Shown one piece after another: positions 17,517 to 26,011 of a stretch of DNA of 64,000 bases (position 1 is the first letter of the stretch; each line of letters begins with the position of its first letter). Below the pieces are notes generated by a model that was given only the letters and a program-made list of their open reading frames with translations, had not been told where the DNA came from and did no database searches. The DNA lies in sequence record PQ015379.1; one strand, 5' to 3'. The translations under genes and the position numbers were made by a program.

Positions 17517-18080
17517 TTACTTCTTTTTCTTTTTCTTGCCGGAGTCGATTGCTACGACCTTTCCCGACTTTTTCTTGCCTTCGTCGTCCGACGATTTGGC
17601 ACCGCGACCGGAAGCCTGCGAGCCTTCGGCGTCGGCGGCTTTGATTTCGTACTGCACGTTTTCGTTGTCGCTGAACACGGACTGGCCGCCGTCGCCTTTA
17701 ACGATGATATCCGGGCCGTTGAACTTCAGGGTGCCGGTGGCGGAGGCAGCTACGCGACGTTGCATAACGGTGATCGAACCGCCTTTTTCGTCGCCCAGTT
17801 GTTCGAGAATGTCTTCGTTGCGGTAGACCGAAACAACCATTTTCTTCGAAGCGCTGGTGGCCTTGTGGCGCCAGATGGTGAACAGGTCCGAACGTTCGAT
17901 CAGGTAGCCCGGAACTTCGACCGGCTGTTGCGAGAACGCGGTCACGGTGAACAGGCCGGTCTTCATCGAGAACGGAGTTTTCGCGCTGGTGCCGCTCAGC
18001 TTACGCAGGGCTTTTTCCAGCTTGGAAACTTTGGAACGTGCAACGGTTTTGGTCTTGCTGGTTTTTTCGGTCTTGGCCAT
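17517..18080 (-). CDS. hypothetical protein with Lys-rich termini
   Basis: Start MAKTEK at 18080; ends GKKKKKK. Confidence 0.75.
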   Translation of the reverse strand: MAKTEKTSKTKTVARSKVSKLEKALRKLSGTSAKTPFSMKTGLFTVTAFSQQPVEVPGYLIERSDLFTIWRHKATSASKKMVVSVYRNEDILEQLGDEKGGSITVMQRRVAASATGTLKFNGPDIIVKGDGGQSVFSDNENVQYEIKAADAEGSQASGRGAKSSDDEGKKKSGKVVAIDSGKKKKKK

Positions 18081-18093
18081 TTTCAAACTCTAC

Positions 18094-19026
18094 CTATTTC
18101 TTTACCTTCGGCTTCGGCTTCGCGGCGGGTTTTACCGGCGCCTTGGCGTTCGGGTTCTTGAGGGAGACGCGCACCATTACGTTTGCGTCGTGGATGTGAT
18201 CAGCTTCGGTTACGGCGCTGGCTTCCGCACCGCTTTCAGCGCAAAGCGCGGAGAACAGCGACAGCAGGTTGGGCCGTACGTTGAAATTACTAACGTCAAA
18301 CGCAACTGCGAGCGAGGTCTTCAGGCTGCTGGCAGTTGCAAAGTTGCGAACCACTTGCCGATAACCAGCATCGAACTCGGTAATTGCTTCGGCAGGGTCG
18401 GTTGCGGTTTCGGTCAGGCTGGCAGCGTGAATATTCACGCGTACAACCAGCTGAATAGTGTTTACAGTTTCCGATTCCATGGCGTGGAAGTCGGTAACGC
18501 TGGCCGCGAAGTAATCCGAACGGGCAATCGAGAATTCGAGGCCCAATTGTTCATAATCCGGGCCGCCGAAACTTTCTTGCAGCTGTTTATTGATGCTGTT
18601 GATCAGCTTTTGCGTACGGGCTTCGATTGCCGGGCCGTCAGCGACGATCAGGTAATTTTCCAGCTGCAAACTTTGCAGGTATTCGTACACGTCAGTCAGC
18701 GGCTGGCGTGCGCAACCGTTCTTTTGACGCGACAGCGGACGGAACATCGACAGCGGTTCGCCGCCAGCTTCGAACACACCGTTTTCGCCTTGAACAACTG
18801 GGGTGATCGTTTTATGTTCCGATACCACATCATTTACAGTATTGAGCACGGCGCCCAACACGATTTCAACTTTCGGAACGATCCGCACGAAGAATTCATT
18901 ATCTTCCTGCGGAATGTTTGCTTTGCCACGGGTTACGTTGGCGGGTTCTTGTGCAACACCGACCGAACGTTCGGTCGATTGCAGGCGTTGCTTTGCAGCT
19001 TCGTCGTAAGAAATATCGGTATTCAC
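18094..19026 (-). CDS. hypothetical protein, Lys/Pro-rich C-tail
   Basis: 310 aa ORF. Confidence 0.7.
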   Translation of the reverse strand: MNTDISYDEAAKQRLQSTERSVGVAQEPANVTRGKANIPQEDNEFFVRIVPKVEIVLGAVLNTVNDVVSEHKTITPVVQGENGVFEAGGEPLSMFRPLSRQKNGCARQPLTDVYEYLQSLQLENYLIVADGPAIEARTQKLINSINKQLQESFGGPDYEQLGLEFSIARSDYFAASVTDFHAMESETVNTIQLVVRVNIHAASLTETATDPAEAITEFDAGYRQVVRNFATASSLKTSLAVAFDVSNFNVRPNLLSLFSALCAESGAEASAVTEADHIHDANVMVRVSLKNPNAKAPVKPAAKPKPKVKK

Positions 19027-20309
19027 AGGTCAATCCTCGTAACGTCAACGAACCGGACAGTGGCGTCAACGCCCGGTTGAATGATCAAAGCGGATACTTT
19101 TGCATCCAGTGCTTTCTCGAACATGTTTACAGTTTTGGCCACGTCCGTTTCATCGGCCACATAGCCAACGAATTCGAGCGCGGGGTGAGTCAGGCTATAA
19201 AAGCCCAGCGACGACATGCCTAGATGCTGCTGGCGGCCCATAGGAACCGTTTTAAGGCCTTCCCGGTTCCAACGGTATAGCTCGGTAGCCACGAACCGCA
19301 AACGCGCTTCAGGGCGCGCTTCCTGATAAGCCTTGAACTCGGCGTCAGGGTCAGCGGTCTTTACGCGTTCGGTCATCTGTTCCAGCTGCCTACGGGCCTT
19401 CATAAGCTTCTGCAAATCCTCAACGCTCGTTGGCGTGCCTTTGGCTGCCATACGTTCGTTGTGCCGCTGTAGAGAGTTTACAGTTTTCTCGGCCTCACGC
19501 TGCGCCGCCACGTCGTGCTCAATGTCGAAATGCGAACGCGTAAGCGGCGGCGTATCGTCGGTAAGGAATTGGCGGAACACTTGGCCAATTCGATCACCAT
19601 TGCGTTTCGATTCGGGAATGTACACGGTGCCTGCCACAACATACATCGCGTTGTGACCGAACGGCGTATATTCCTGCATCGTGGTTTTGCCACGCAGTTC
19701 ACCGAAATAACGCGGTGCCCCCAGTTGAACCAATTTATCCAACGCGAGGAAATAGTTTTCCTTGTCGTGGTAGAAACCGGCGTACAGGTGCGGCGTTACG
19801 CCGGGGGCCGTTCGATAGATCAAATACACGCGCACGCCTTTCAAACGCGGCAACACCGAACAACCTTTCTTGATGGTGCCCACGTTTTTGTGATCGTGAA
19901 TTTTGCGCACCACGTCGAGGCATGGATAAATCACTGCATCCGGATAGGAAAGGTCCGGCGCATCGTCGGCGCATTTCAGGGCGTACGCGCATTCACGGTC
20001 GAACTCGCTGGCCGCATCCATCATTGCGTACCGCGACCACACAACGCCGCGTTCCGGTTCGAACGGCAGGCCATAGCCGACGTTGAACAGCATGGCGACC
20101 GTCAGCATGTCTTCGAGCACACCTTCGGTTGCGTTTTTTACGATGCGTTGCAGATCGGATTTTTTCATTTGCGTACCCACCGTCACGGGCTGTTTAACCA
20201 GTCGGCCCATGTACTCATAGGAATACGTTCGGTAGTCGTGCGTAGGCTCGGTGGTCTTGAGCACGCCGCGTTCGTACAGATGATGAATGACGCTGGTCAG
20301 TCGTTGCAT
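19023..20309 (-). CDS. degenerate NAD-dependent-ligase-like adenylation domain protein
   Basis: VLPRLKGVRVYLIY (cf. KxDG), VAGTVYIP (cf. VRGEVYM), LRFVATEL; catalytic Lys appears replaced. Confidence 0.4.
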   Translation of the reverse strand: MQRLTSVIHHLYERGVLKTTEPTHDYRTYSYEYMGRLVKQPVTVGTQMKKSDLQRIVKNATEGVLEDMLTVAMLFNVGYGLPFEPERGVVWSRYAMMDAASEFDRECAYALKCADDAPDLSYPDAVIYPCLDVVRKIHDHKNVGTIKKGCSVLPRLKGVRVYLIYRTAPGVTPHLYAGFYHDKENYFLALDKLVQLGAPRYFGELRGKTTMQEYTPFGHNAMYVVAGTVYIPESKRNGDRIGQVFRQFLTDDTPPLTRSHFDIEHDVAAQREAEKTVNSLQRHNERMAAKGTPTSVEDLQKLMKARRQLEQMTERVKTADPDAEFKAYQEARPEARLRFVATELYRWNREGLKTVPMGRQQHLGMSSLGFYSLTHPALEFVGYVADETDVAKTVNMFEKALDAKVSALIIQPGVDATVRFVDVTRIDL

Positions 20310-20614
20310 TTTGGGCCTGCAATTTCTTTGATTTCGGAAACGTGGCGCGGATCTACACCGAACATAATCGTGTCGTAGTATTCCGCGATTTTATCCACAT
20401 GCACCACAATGATTGTGTCGCCCGTCGTACCAAAAACCTTGATCGGTTTATGCAGGAATACGAGGGCGAAATAATTGTTGAGGGCGACAGCCGCGTCATA
20501 TGCGGAACCGTCCATAGGATGGTTGGTGATTGCGATTTCGTCATGCTCTGAAATGTTCAGAACATATGCTGCAAATTGTGCCGTGTCCATCTTATCCCTC
20601 GGGCCTTCAGCCAA
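20297..20614 (-). CDS. hypothetical protein
   Basis: 105 aa; start may be MDTAQ at 20590. Confidence 0.65.
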   Translation of the reverse strand: MAEGPRDKMDTAQFAAYVLNISEHDEIAITNHPMDGSAYDAAVALNNYFALVFLHKPIKVFGTTGDTIIVVHVDKIAEYYDTIMFGVDPRHVSEIKEIAGPKCND

Positions 20615-21062
20615 ACACCATGAGAATGTCGTCGTGCGTCATGCTCATTTTCTGGTTGTTGTAACGCACGTCGAACATATCGTTTTGCTCGACGCACAGG
20701 TAAGGCACGCCATTGCGTTCGAAGATCACCGAATTACCCACGCGGGTCGAGTTCGGCAATGCAGCAGCCAAGGTATTGGTAGCGGGACGGGAGGGCTTGA
20801 GCGATTCGCGGAAGAAAACGAGGAACGCGCCGATATCCGCAAAGCGTTGTTTCACGCCTTGGATATCGAGGGTGATAACCGGGGTGTCGAAGCTAGCAGT
20901 CACAACGCCGGTATAGCTGGCGGTAGTGACCACGATGTTCGGCCCGATCAAAGAGGTGCGGATGTAATCCGCTTTGAATTTGTCCAAATTGGAATCTTGT
21001 TCGTTCGCCATCAAAGCAATGGCGATATTCGAAATTTTGTCAGCGCGGGACAGGTTGGCCAT
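20607..21062 (-). CDS. hypothetical protein
   Basis: Start MANLSR at 21062 with GGAG RBS. Confidence 0.7.
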   Translation of the reverse strand: MANLSRADKISNIAIALMANEQDSNLDKFKADYIRTSLIGPNIVVTTASYTGVVTASFDTPVITLDIQGVKQRFADIGAFLVFFRESLKPSRPATNTLAAALPNSTRVGNSVIFERNGVPYLCVEQNDMFDVRYNNQKMSMTHDDILMVFG

Positions 21063-21079
21063 GTGAAGCTCCAAAAATG

Positions 21080-21113
21080 AAAAAAGGAAGGGCTGCGGTG
21101 GCGGCCCTTCCTT
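21080..21113 (-). terminator. intrinsic terminator
   Basis: AAGGAAGGGC stem pairs with GCCCTTCCTT, followed by a T tract on the minus strand. Confidence 0.75.
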
Positions 21114-21139
21114 GAATTTACAGTTTCGTCACCTTGCCA

Positions 21140-22324
21140 TTACTGGTTCAGGTTTTCGAGCGACTGCAATACTGCCGAAACGCTGGTAGCGCGCTGCACG
21201 CTTTCACCGGCTTCGTTCTCGACGTAGAAAATATCCACGAACCGAAGGTTCTGGAAATTCTCGTTCTCGATGCGAACGGTGCGAACGTAATCGACGCTAG
21301 CGCCGTCTACTTCACGCGTGTACATGATTGTCAGAACACCATCCTTTTGTTCTGTCAGGGTATCCGATGGAAGTTGATCAGCGATCAGCTGCAATTTTTC
21401 CATGTGGATTGCCGCCAGCACTGCGGGGTCTTCTTTGACCGGGCCGGTCGGCTGGTTCAGCGCTTGTGCAACATCATCAGCGCTTTGGCCTTGGGTTTGA
21501 ACCGGGGCCGCTTCGCTTTCTGGTGCTGGTGCTTCAGGCTCTTCAGGCAACAGGGCCGCGCCTTCGCTTTGTGGCTCTTCCTGCGCGATTACAGCGCTTT
21601 CAGGGGCCGGGGTATGCTCGGCTACCGGGTCAACCGCTGGTGCGGCTTCCTGCGCGTCAGGCTGCGCGCTGGATTGTTCGGCGTCGGCTTGTTCTTCGGG
21701 GAAGTCGAACTGCGCATTGGTCGATGGCTGGGCGTCGTCCTCTTCGCGGAAATCTTCCTCTTCCTCGAAATCCTCTTCCTCTTCCAGTTCTTCCTCTTCT
21801 TCAGGAATTTCTGGCGCCGCTTCGGAAACAGGCGGCTGGCCGATGCGCGGAACGATACTCAGAACACGGCCCGAATCTTCGCCGGAACTTTCGGCAGGTG
21901 CACGGCTGGCACCGGTTTCGGTTTCTTCGTCTTCTTCGTCGTCTTCCAGATCATCGAACGCGACACGCAGCAAATCGTGGTCGATTTCTTCGCTGCACAG
22001 GTACAGCACGAATTCGCCGTCGCCTTCGTGACTGGAAAGGAACAAATCACCTTGGAAACGCGCCTCGGTTTCCAGCATGATATCACCGACGATTTGCGAC
22101 AGTTCGTCGGGGTCCACCAGTTCCCACATAGGGAGCGAAACGCGCTTGGCGAAAACTTTGGGCGCGTCCGGATCTTCATCGCGCAGCAGATCGTCGTCGG
22201 TCAGTTCGTGCCATTCGGCCAGTTCACCCGGATCGACGCTAAGCGTCATATTCAGGATGCCGATGATGTGGGCGCGGATTGCGATCAGGGCAGAAGCTGC
22301 CAGCCCAGCAAAAAATGCGTTCAT
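21140..22324 (-). CDS. highly acidic, largely disordered protein with hydrophobic N-terminus
   Basis: 394 aa; GAGGT RBS; EEEEELEEEEDFEEEEDF and E/A/P-rich linker. Confidence 0.75.
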   Translation of the reverse strand: MNAFFAGLAASALIAIRAHIIGILNMTLSVDPGELAEWHELTDDDLLRDEDPDAPKVFAKRVSLPMWELVDPDELSQIVGDIMLETEARFQGDLFLSSHEGDGEFVLYLCSEEIDHDLLRVAFDDLEDDEEDEETETGASRAPAESSGEDSGRVLSIVPRIGQPPVSEAAPEIPEEEEELEEEEDFEEEEDFREEDDAQPSTNAQFDFPEEQADAEQSSAQPDAQEAAPAVDPVAEHTPAPESAVIAQEEPQSEGAALLPEEPEAPAPESEAAPVQTQGQSADDVAQALNQPTGPVKEDPAVLAAIHMEKLQLIADQLPSDTLTEQKDGVLTIMYTREVDGASVDYVRTVRIENENFQNLRFVDIFYVENEAGESVQRATSVSAVLQSLENLNQ

Positions 22325-22394
22325 GTTTCTTACCTCGGAAAGTATTTAGCAGGGAACCCAATTGTTCCCCGCTTTGGAAAAGGAGCCGGGCGAA

Positions 22395-24284
22395 TTACAG
22401 GCTGATGCCGTTTTCTTCGCAGATGCCAACCAGTTCGTCGAACGAAACGGTTTTCAGCAGCAGCTTGTCGGTGTTGATCAGGCCCGGAATCAGTTCGCCG
22501 TTTTTCTCACGCAGGCCGATCAGCAGATACTGTTGGTCGCCAATGTTCAGCGTGAAGCCCGGTTCTACTTCGTAGCAGAAGGTGGTGAACACATCCTGCG
22601 AGGCATACCACTGTTCGGCGGCGGCGCGCATCGGGTTCTGGTACTTGCCAGTCGGAACGATGGCGGCCATGCGCTCACAGGCGGAATCGACGTAGGCGCT
22701 CGAATCTTCGGGGAACATGGTTTCGGCGTCAGGCACGAAGGTTTCGGATTCGGAGAAATCGGTTTCCTCTTCCTCTTCCAGTTCCTCTTCCTCTTCCAGT
22801 TCCTCTTCCTCTTCGACTTCCTCTTCTTCCTCCACCTCTTCCTCTTCTTCGACTTCCTCTTCCTCTTCGACTTCCTCTTCTTCCTCCACCTCTTCCTCTT
22901 CTTCGACTTCCTCTTCTACGTCAAGCGGATGGTCGTCGTTCAGTTGGCCCAGCTGGTGCTGGTCGAGGTCGGCGTCCAGATCGTCGGCGAAATTATCGCG
23001 ACGTTGTTTAGCCAAAAAAGCTTCGACTTCCTGCGCCGAAACACCAGCGGTTGCGAAGCTGATGGCAACGGTGCAGAAATCGGCGTTGCGACCGGCGAAC
23101 ACGGAAACCACGTTCACGTCGTATTCGCTCACGATGAACGCACGCACTTTTTCTTCGATCAGATCGCGCAGGTCGTTGGCGGTGTCGTCGTCGAATTCAG
23201 TAACGGCGATAACCTTTTTCTCGGAAGCCGGAACTTCACGATTTTTCGGCAGGGCGCCGCCAGCCTGTTGGTTGGTTTTGCCTTCGTAAACGAACTTGCC
23301 GCCGACCTGCACAACGTCAGAAACGTGAATGCGCAGGCCGCTATCGAGTTCGAGGGTGCCGGTGTTGAAAATGCGTTCAACGGTCTGCGGTTTTTTGCCG
23401 ACCACGATTTGCGACACTTTCTTTTTCAGGTCGCGGGTGGTGACAGGTGCAGGCTTGGCCGACGCCGGTTTCGCAGCGGGCTTTTTGTTGGCCTGTTCCC
23501 ACAGTTCTTTCAGTTCAGCGATGTAATCGTCGCTGTACACGGCAAATTTGCCGCTGGTGGTCATGCGCACTTCATCCACTTGGAATTCGGTGCCATCTTC
23601 CAGAACGCAACGGCCCGACGAATAGGTTTTCGCAACCTTTTGGTCTTCGCCGTCGTAGTCGATCACCTTGCCGCGTACGTCTTTGGTTTCGTACTGGCCA
23701 GCGGGACCGTAGAGGGCACCATCGAATTGAGGTGCGGCGCTGTCGTCGGTTTTCTTTTCCGATTTTTTGGTCACGCCACCTTTGGCCGGTGCGGCTTCGG
23801 TTTTGGCCGAAGGTTTTTTGCCCGACGCTGGTTTGGTCGAAGCTTTGGCCGGGGTGTTGCTTTCTTCTGGTTCAGCATCGCAGCCGTAACCACGGCCTTT
23901 GCGTTGAACGTCGGCCAGATTGAAAATCGAACCATCCACCAGTTCAACACGGTCGGTTTTGCGCAGAACGCGTTTCACTTCGACGCCGTTGATTTTCTTG
24001 CCTTCGAGTTCATCGAGGGTAAGCGGGCGCTGATCACGTGCGGACGGACGCGGGGCGGCTGCTTCTTTGGCCGGGGCTTTTTCAGCCGGGGCTTTTTTGG
24101 CAGCGCCGCCTTTCATATCAACGAAGACGCCACGGCCTTTGTTGTACACGTCTGCGAACTGAAACTCGGAACCTTCCTTGGTGCGGATGGTGCCGTTCTT
24201 CAGGTGCTTGATCACAGTTTCTTTGACCACGCCTTTTTTGCCGTGGTTAACGTTGATTGCTTTACCGGTCAGGTTGGTGCTCAT
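22395..24284 (-). CDS. repeat-domain protein with four internal modules, K/A/P linkers and an acidic (V/L)E5 repeat
   Basis: 629 aa; modules G.EFQFADV..KG, GSIFNLADV..KG, GTEFQVDEV...G, GLRIHVSDV...G. Confidence 0.8.
   Translation of the reverse strand: MSTNLTGKAINVNHGKKGVVKETVIKHLKNGTIRTKEGSEFQFADVYNKGRGVFVDMKGGAAKKAPAEKAPAKEAAAPRPSARDQRPLTLDELEGKKINGVEVKRVLRKTDRVELVDGSIFNLADVQRKGRGYGCDAEPEESNTPAKASTKPASGKKPSAKTEAAPAKGGVTKKSEKKTDDSAAPQFDGALYGPAGQYETKDVRGKVIDYDGEDQKVAKTYSSGRCVLEDGTEFQVDEVRMTTSGKFAVYSDDYIAELKELWEQANKKPAAKPASAKPAPVTTRDLKKKVSQIVVGKKPQTVERIFNTGTLELDSGLRIHVSDVVQVGGKFVYEGKTNQQAGGALPKNREVPASEKKVIAVTEFDDDTANDLRDLIEEKVRAFIVSEYDVNVVSVFAGRNADFCTVAISFATAGVSAQEVEAFLAKQRRDNFADDLDADLDQHQLGQLNDDHPLDVEEEVEEEEEVEEEEEVEEEEEVEEEEEVEEEEEVEEEEELEEEEELEEEEETDFSESETFVPDAETMFPEDSSAYVDSACERMAAIVPTGKYQNPMRAAAEQWYASQDVFTTFCYEVEPGFTLNIGDQQYLLIGLREKNGELIPGLINTDKLLLKTVSFDELVGICEENGISL
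22764..22920 (-). repeat. 18-bp tandem repeat (~9 copies) encoding (V/L)EEEEE
   Basis: DVEEEVEEEEEVEEEEEV...LEEEEELEEEEET in translation. Confidence 0.9.
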
Positions 24285-24352
24285 GGTCCAATCTCCAAAC
24301 TTGCGAAATAGTGTGAGTGTCGTTTTGCGGCGAATGCGTTGCCGAGGGCTTC

Positions 24353-24382
24353 AAACTACCAAAGGGAAAGCCGATTAGACAA
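24353..24382 (-). promoter_or_regulatory. host sigma70-type promoter candidate
   Basis: TTGTCT-18 nt-TAGTTT; shares CTTGTCTAA and TTGGTAG with the 5131-5159 promoter. Confidence 0.5.
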
Positions 24383-24565
24383 GCCCTAATGCCTAACGGG
24401 CTTCCCTATACACCGGCAAACGCTCACTAGAGCGTGGGCATTTGCGTACGCCTATATAAGGCAGCACATCAAACTTCCCTTATTCCGTGAGCGTCATTGC
24501 ATTGGGCGCAAAGCGTTACGGAAGGCCTCCACGGTATCAAACGGGGGCCATAGGGTCAAGCCGGG

Positions 24566-25348
24566 TTAGGCCGCTTTGCCCTTTGGCGCTGCATTCATTG
24601 CGCTAACGCTGGTTTGAATGGCTTTGGCTTCGCGCTTGCGGGTATCCAGCAAAGAACGCAGGGTGCAGGCTTGCGCGTAGTTCAAAGTGTTCGCCTGTTC
24701 GTATTCGGCGCGAAGTGCTTCGAGCGCGGTTTGCGCTTCAATGGTCGCCTGTTCAACGTCAAACGAATGGTTGAGGTTGGCTGTGCACGGTTGAATGCGT
24801 TTACGCGAATGGTGGCCGATGATGGTACAGGCGTTGCTTTGCGTGAGGGCGGCGGCGCTCTTCACGAAACTGAAGTACGACATGCGCACCAGTTTTACTT
24901 TGCCGTCTTTCAAACTCATGACCGGGAAGCAAACCATTTGCGACGGAACTTGACGGGTGCCGATTGCGAGCGCTTTGGAAAGCGGGAGCACTTCGCGGAA
25001 CGCAACGACCGTCAGTTGTTCCGGCAGCAGAATTTCCACACGGGCGAAAATTTCTTGCTGGCTTGGAAGCATCACGAACGGCTCGGCCTTCACGAATTGA
25101 AGATCGGGCGTAGCCGCTCGCATATGAACTGGGGTAACGACAGAAGCGTGTGCTTCAAAAGGAACGGTGACGATTTTGTCGCCGTCGAGGGTCATGCGGC
25201 AACCCATGGCAGCCAGCAGGTTAACGAAGTAATCGGCGCCAATGGAATTCGAAGTGGTCTGTTGCACAGTGTTGATATCGCGCAGCAGATCGGTATAGGT
25301 GAGGCTGCCATTCAGAATGTTTTGAACGATTCCGCTAGCGTTGAACAT
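24566..25348 (-). CDS. hypothetical protein
   Basis: 260 aa ORF. Confidence 0.7.
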   Translation of the reverse strand: MFNASGIVQNILNGSLTYTDLLRDINTVQQTTSNSIGADYFVNLLAAMGCRMTLDGDKIVTVPFEAHASVVTPVHMRAATPDLQFVKAEPFVMLPSQQEIFARVEILLPEQLTVVAFREVLPLSKALAIGTRQVPSQMVCFPVMSLKDGKVKLVRMSYFSFVKSAAALTQSNACTIIGHHSRKRIQPCTANLNHSFDVEQATIEAQTALEALRAEYEQANTLNYAQACTLRSLLDTRKREAKAIQTSVSAMNAAPKGKAA

Positions 25349-25368
25349 GTTTTTCTCCCGCAGAAAGT

Positions 25369-25398
25369 AAAAAAGCAGCCTATCTCTAGGCTGCTTTT
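25369..25398. terminator. intrinsic terminator (bidirectional geometry)
   Basis: AAAAAAGCAGCC-TATCTCTA-GGCTGCTTTT. Confidence 0.75.
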
Positions 25399-25422
25399 GG
25401 TTTTGCTACGACGTGCCGAAGC

Positions 25423-25953
25423 TTAGGCTTTTTTGGCCTTCGGAGCTTTGGCGACGGCGGCGACCGGGGCAGCAACAGCAGCGGCTTTGGCCTTCGGAGC
25501 TTTGACAGCTTTCGGCGCAGCAGCAACCGGGGCGGCGGTCACGGCAGGGGCAGCGGCGGCTTTCGGGGCAGCTTTGGCGGCTTTGGCTTTTTCCTTTTCG
25601 GCGGCAGCTTTGGCCTTGGCGGCAGCAGCGGCTTTGTCGTCGCGGGCTTTTTGCTGGGCAGCGGCTTTTTCGTTGGCGCGCAGGGTTTTCAGCGCGGCTT
25701 TCGATTCGTCCAGTTCAGCTTGGGCGACAGCGACGGCCTGTTGCAGGTTTTCGACGGTGGCACCGGCGTTCTTTTGCAGGGCGGCAACCACTTTCGGAGC
25801 GGTGGCCAGCGCCAGCTTGGCGTTGCCCTTGGTCAGGGTCTGTGCGGCTTTCAGGTCAGCTTTCAGACCGGCGAGGGTTTTTTCGCGGGTGGCAACGAGG
25901 GCGACGGCGGTTTTTTCGGCTTTCGAGATTTTCACAGCAGCGACTTCAGTCAT
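25423..25953 (-). CDS. Ala/Lys-rich histone H1/AlgP-like protein
   Basis: Start MTEVAA at 25953; KAAKAAPKAAAAP repeats. Confidence 0.75.
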   Translation of the reverse strand: MTEVAAVKISKAEKTAVALVATREKTLAGLKADLKAAQTLTKGNAKLALATAPKVVAALQKNAGATVENLQQAVAVAQAELDESKAALKTLRANEKAAAQQKARDDKAAAAAKAKAAAEKEKAKAAKAAPKAAAAPAVTAAPVAAAPKAVKAPKAKAAAVAAPVAAVAKAPKAKKA

Positions 25954-26011
25954 TTTCTTTCTCACTTTCCAGCGTTGTCGGCGATATGCCGGGGATTGTA
26001 GGAGGTTCCTA

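Noticed and set aside
16856-22920. Tandem repeats as possible CRISPR arrays
   Set aside because: No unique spacers; they are in-frame coding microsatellites. No repeat-spacer array was seen anywhere, including near the Cas4-like gene.
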